This document shows, one piece after another, positions 62,418 to 64,000 of a DNA stretch of 64,000 nt. Origin of the DNA: Candidatus Omnitrophota bacterium (GTDB taxonomy: Bacteria > Omnitrophota > Omnitrophia > Omnitrophales > Aquincolibacteriaceae); the NCBI GenBank assembly GCA_022705945.1, contig JAKJDL010000002.1:127150-191149 (forward strand), given 5' to 3'. Numbering within the stretch: position 1 is the stretch's first letter; each line of letters opens with the position of its first letter. The notes under the pieces were generated by a model, which was not told the DNA's origin, ran no database searches, and saw nothing but the letters and a program-made list of their open reading frames with translations. A program made the position numbers and the translations under genes.

Positions 62418-63011
62418 ATGACAACACAGAGTCCGGTCAAAACAGCGCAGTCTCAGAGATCTTACAAAAGACAGGTCAAAAATATTGTTATTCATCGGCC
62501 GATGCAGCGGGAATTCTCGTTCATGCTGATAGCCCTTTTCATGGTCGCATCGGCGGCGATTGCGTGGATCATCCATCAGACAATCCGCGACGCGGCATTC
62601 GGCGGGGGACTCCAGTTCGGGAAGATTAATCCATTCCAGATCCTCTCGGCCGTGAGTTATCAGGTCATTATCCGGGTGACGATTGTTTTGATCGCGACGC
62701 TTCTGATCATCGGAGGCTACGGGATCGCGTTCCTGCACCGGGTCGCTGGTCCTGTCTACCGGTTTAGGCAAACCCTTCTGAAGATGAATCGGGGGGAAAC
62801 GGTGCATGAGATCAAACTCCGCGAAGGGGATTTTTTCCATGAGATGGCGCATGATATTAACGTGATGATCAGGCGCTCTCGTGCGGGATATGAAAAGCTT
62901 ACCGAGGTCAAAACCGGGCTGAATGATCTCATAAGATCCTCGCCATCGGATGATATTCGCGGGAAAGCCCAACATCTCAAGGAGCTCACAGACTCGATCA
63001 GCCAGGTCTGA
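62418..63011 (+). CDS. Hypothetical two-TM membrane protein with HAMP-like segment
   Basis: Two TM helices followed by an amphipathic HAMP-like region (IAFLHRVAGPVYRFRQTLLKMNRGE). No output domain. Confidence 0.4.
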   Translation: MTTQSPVKTAQSQRSYKRQVKNIVIHRPMQREFSFMLIALFMVASAAIAWIIHQTIRDAAFGGGLQFGKINPFQILSAVSYQVIIRVTIVLIATLLIIGGYGIAFLHRVAGPVYRFRQTLLKMNRGETVHEIKLREGDFFHEMAHDINVMIRRSRAGYEKLTEVKTGLNDLIRSSPSDDIRGKAQHLKELTDSISQV

Positions 63012-63176
63012 TCCGTATGCTCGTTCATGATCCCGCACCCGGGGTTCTGAAAGCGCATATCGCATATTATTGTCCCTGTTTCCGCGCATGTTATGTCCTG
63101 ACACATGGAAATCAGGGGTTTTATTCTTAAAAAAATTTAATACTAAAATTGATGTAAAATATTGTGCGAACTGCCC

Positions 63177-63205
63177 TTGTAAAAACTTTTATAAATGGGT
63201 ATACT
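63177..63205 (+). promoter_or_regulatory. sigma70-like promoter (-35 TTGTAA, 17-nt spacer, -10 TATACT) for the gene at 63259
   Basis: TTGTAA at 63177-63182 and TATACT at 63200-63205. An AAAGGAG RBS lies at 63243-63249. Confidence 0.4.
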
Positions 63206-63258
63206 CTGCAATGACCCTCGCCAATTGAAGTTTATTCCAAGAAAGGAGTCAGTCAAAA

Positions 63259-63864
63259 ATGAAGATGTTTAAACTCGCAGTTGCTTTGCCCTTGGTATGT
63301 TTGATGGTACTGGGGTTCGGTGTTTCTTTTCCGTCAGCCTTTGCCGCGAGCGAACTCGTTATCGCAGATTTTGATACCGGGGATAAGCCTAACAATATCG
63401 GCGGTGATTTCGGAGGTTGGGACAAGGACCCGAACGATGATACCCAGGGGACAGTGATGTCCTTTGCCACGGATGACTCGAAAGGTGATCCGACCGGCTA
63501 TTCCATCCGTTTGGATTATGACGTGGATTCCCCGAACCCCGCTTATAACGGGTTTTGGATGAAGATGAATGGCGAGGATGCTACTCCCTACAACACCCTT
63601 TGCTTCTATATCAAGGGTGATGCCAAGACCGGTTTCACGAAGCGTGTGAAGCTTGAGCTCAAGGATATGTCGGGCAAGGCCTCTCCGTATATCGTCAGCG
63701 ACATTACCGAACAGTGGACCAGGGTCTGCATTCCGTTCGAGAAGTTCCGCCGCATTGAGAACTGGAACTCCCTGAACGAGTTTGTCGTGGTGTTCGATGA
63801 TATCAATTCGAATCCCAAGACCGGGACCATCTACATCGATCATGTTTCGCTCATGAAGCAGTAA
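63259..63864 (+). CDS. Secreted beta-sandwich protein, CBM/CIA30-like carbohydrate-binding module
   Basis: Signal peptide (AFAAS). Single approximately 170-aa domain with CBM11/CIA30-like features (FDTGD...GGDFGGWDKD..., YIDHVSL). The domain call is by recall only. Confidence 0.35.
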   Translation: MKMFKLAVALPLVCLMVLGFGVSFPSAFAASELVIADFDTGDKPNNIGGDFGGWDKDPNDDTQGTVMSFATDDSKGDPTGYSIRLDYDVDSPNPAYNGFWMKMNGEDATPYNTLCFYIKGDAKTGFTKRVKLELKDMSGKASPYIVSDITEQWTRVCIPFEKFRRIENWNSLNEFVVVFDDINSNPKTGTIYIDHVSLMKQ

Positions 63865-63896
63865 GATCGAAGTTCGAAGTATTGTGTCTGAAATGA

Positions 63897-63929
63897 CAGC
63901 CCCGCCTTGACCGGCGGGGCTGTTTTTTT
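63897..63929 (+). terminator. Rho-independent terminator
   Basis: Perfect 10-bp stem cagccccgcc / ggcggggctg with loop ttgacc, followed by ttttttt. Confidence 0.7.
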
Positions 63930-64000
63930 ATGGAGGGCCGCGGGGAAAAGACCTGGGATGCTTCCGGTGTCAAAAAAAGACGGCTCGGGCCGATAATAAC

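Noticed and set aside
59264-62440. Two long - strand ORFs (472 aa and 461 aa)
   Set aside because: Antisense to the second RND permease; His/Arg/Asp-rich junk composition.

Overview
This 64 kb window is a chromosomal segment from a GC-rich (about 55-58%) bacterium. Nearly every supported gene lies on the + strand; only rnc is on the - strand. Most long - strand ORFs in the track are antisense artefacts of the high-GC + strand genes.

The window contains a 5'-truncated AsmA-family gene, rnc, and a complete arginine biosynthesis operon (argC-argJ-argB-argD-argF-argG-argH) followed by lysA. It then carries a LemA/TPM/TPM membrane module, malQ, a DsbA-like/DoxX pair, and five tRNAs (Phe, Arg, Lys, Leu, Gly) with sigma70-like promoters. 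Next comes an unusual receiver-YvcK/CofD fusion gene beside a ROK kinase, an M48 lipoprotein peptidase, tig-clpP, a serine-pathway pair (class V aminotransferase plus serA), purA, the uppS-cdsA-dxr-rseP-proS cluster, dinB and leuCD.

The downstream half is accessory-like. It holds a type IV pilus-like cluster: an unknown coiled-coil membrane protein, a PilM-PilN fusion, PilO, a PilP-like protein, the PilQ secretin, PilB with an MshEN-like N-domain, PilC, and four tandem pilin paralogs. A tandem-receiver regulator follows, then a secreted glycoside-hydrolase-like protein (GH144/DUF3131-like core with a CBM9-like C-terminal domain) and an XRE-cupin regulator. A TolC-MFP-RND-RND efflux locus comes next, then a small two-TM HAMP-like membrane protein and a secreted CBM/CIA30-like protein with its own promoter and terminator.

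Two genes (argG and the efflux MFP) are interrupted by single-base indels in G homopolymers, so they are either sequencing errors or pseudogenes. No CRISPR array, integrase or transposase was seen.
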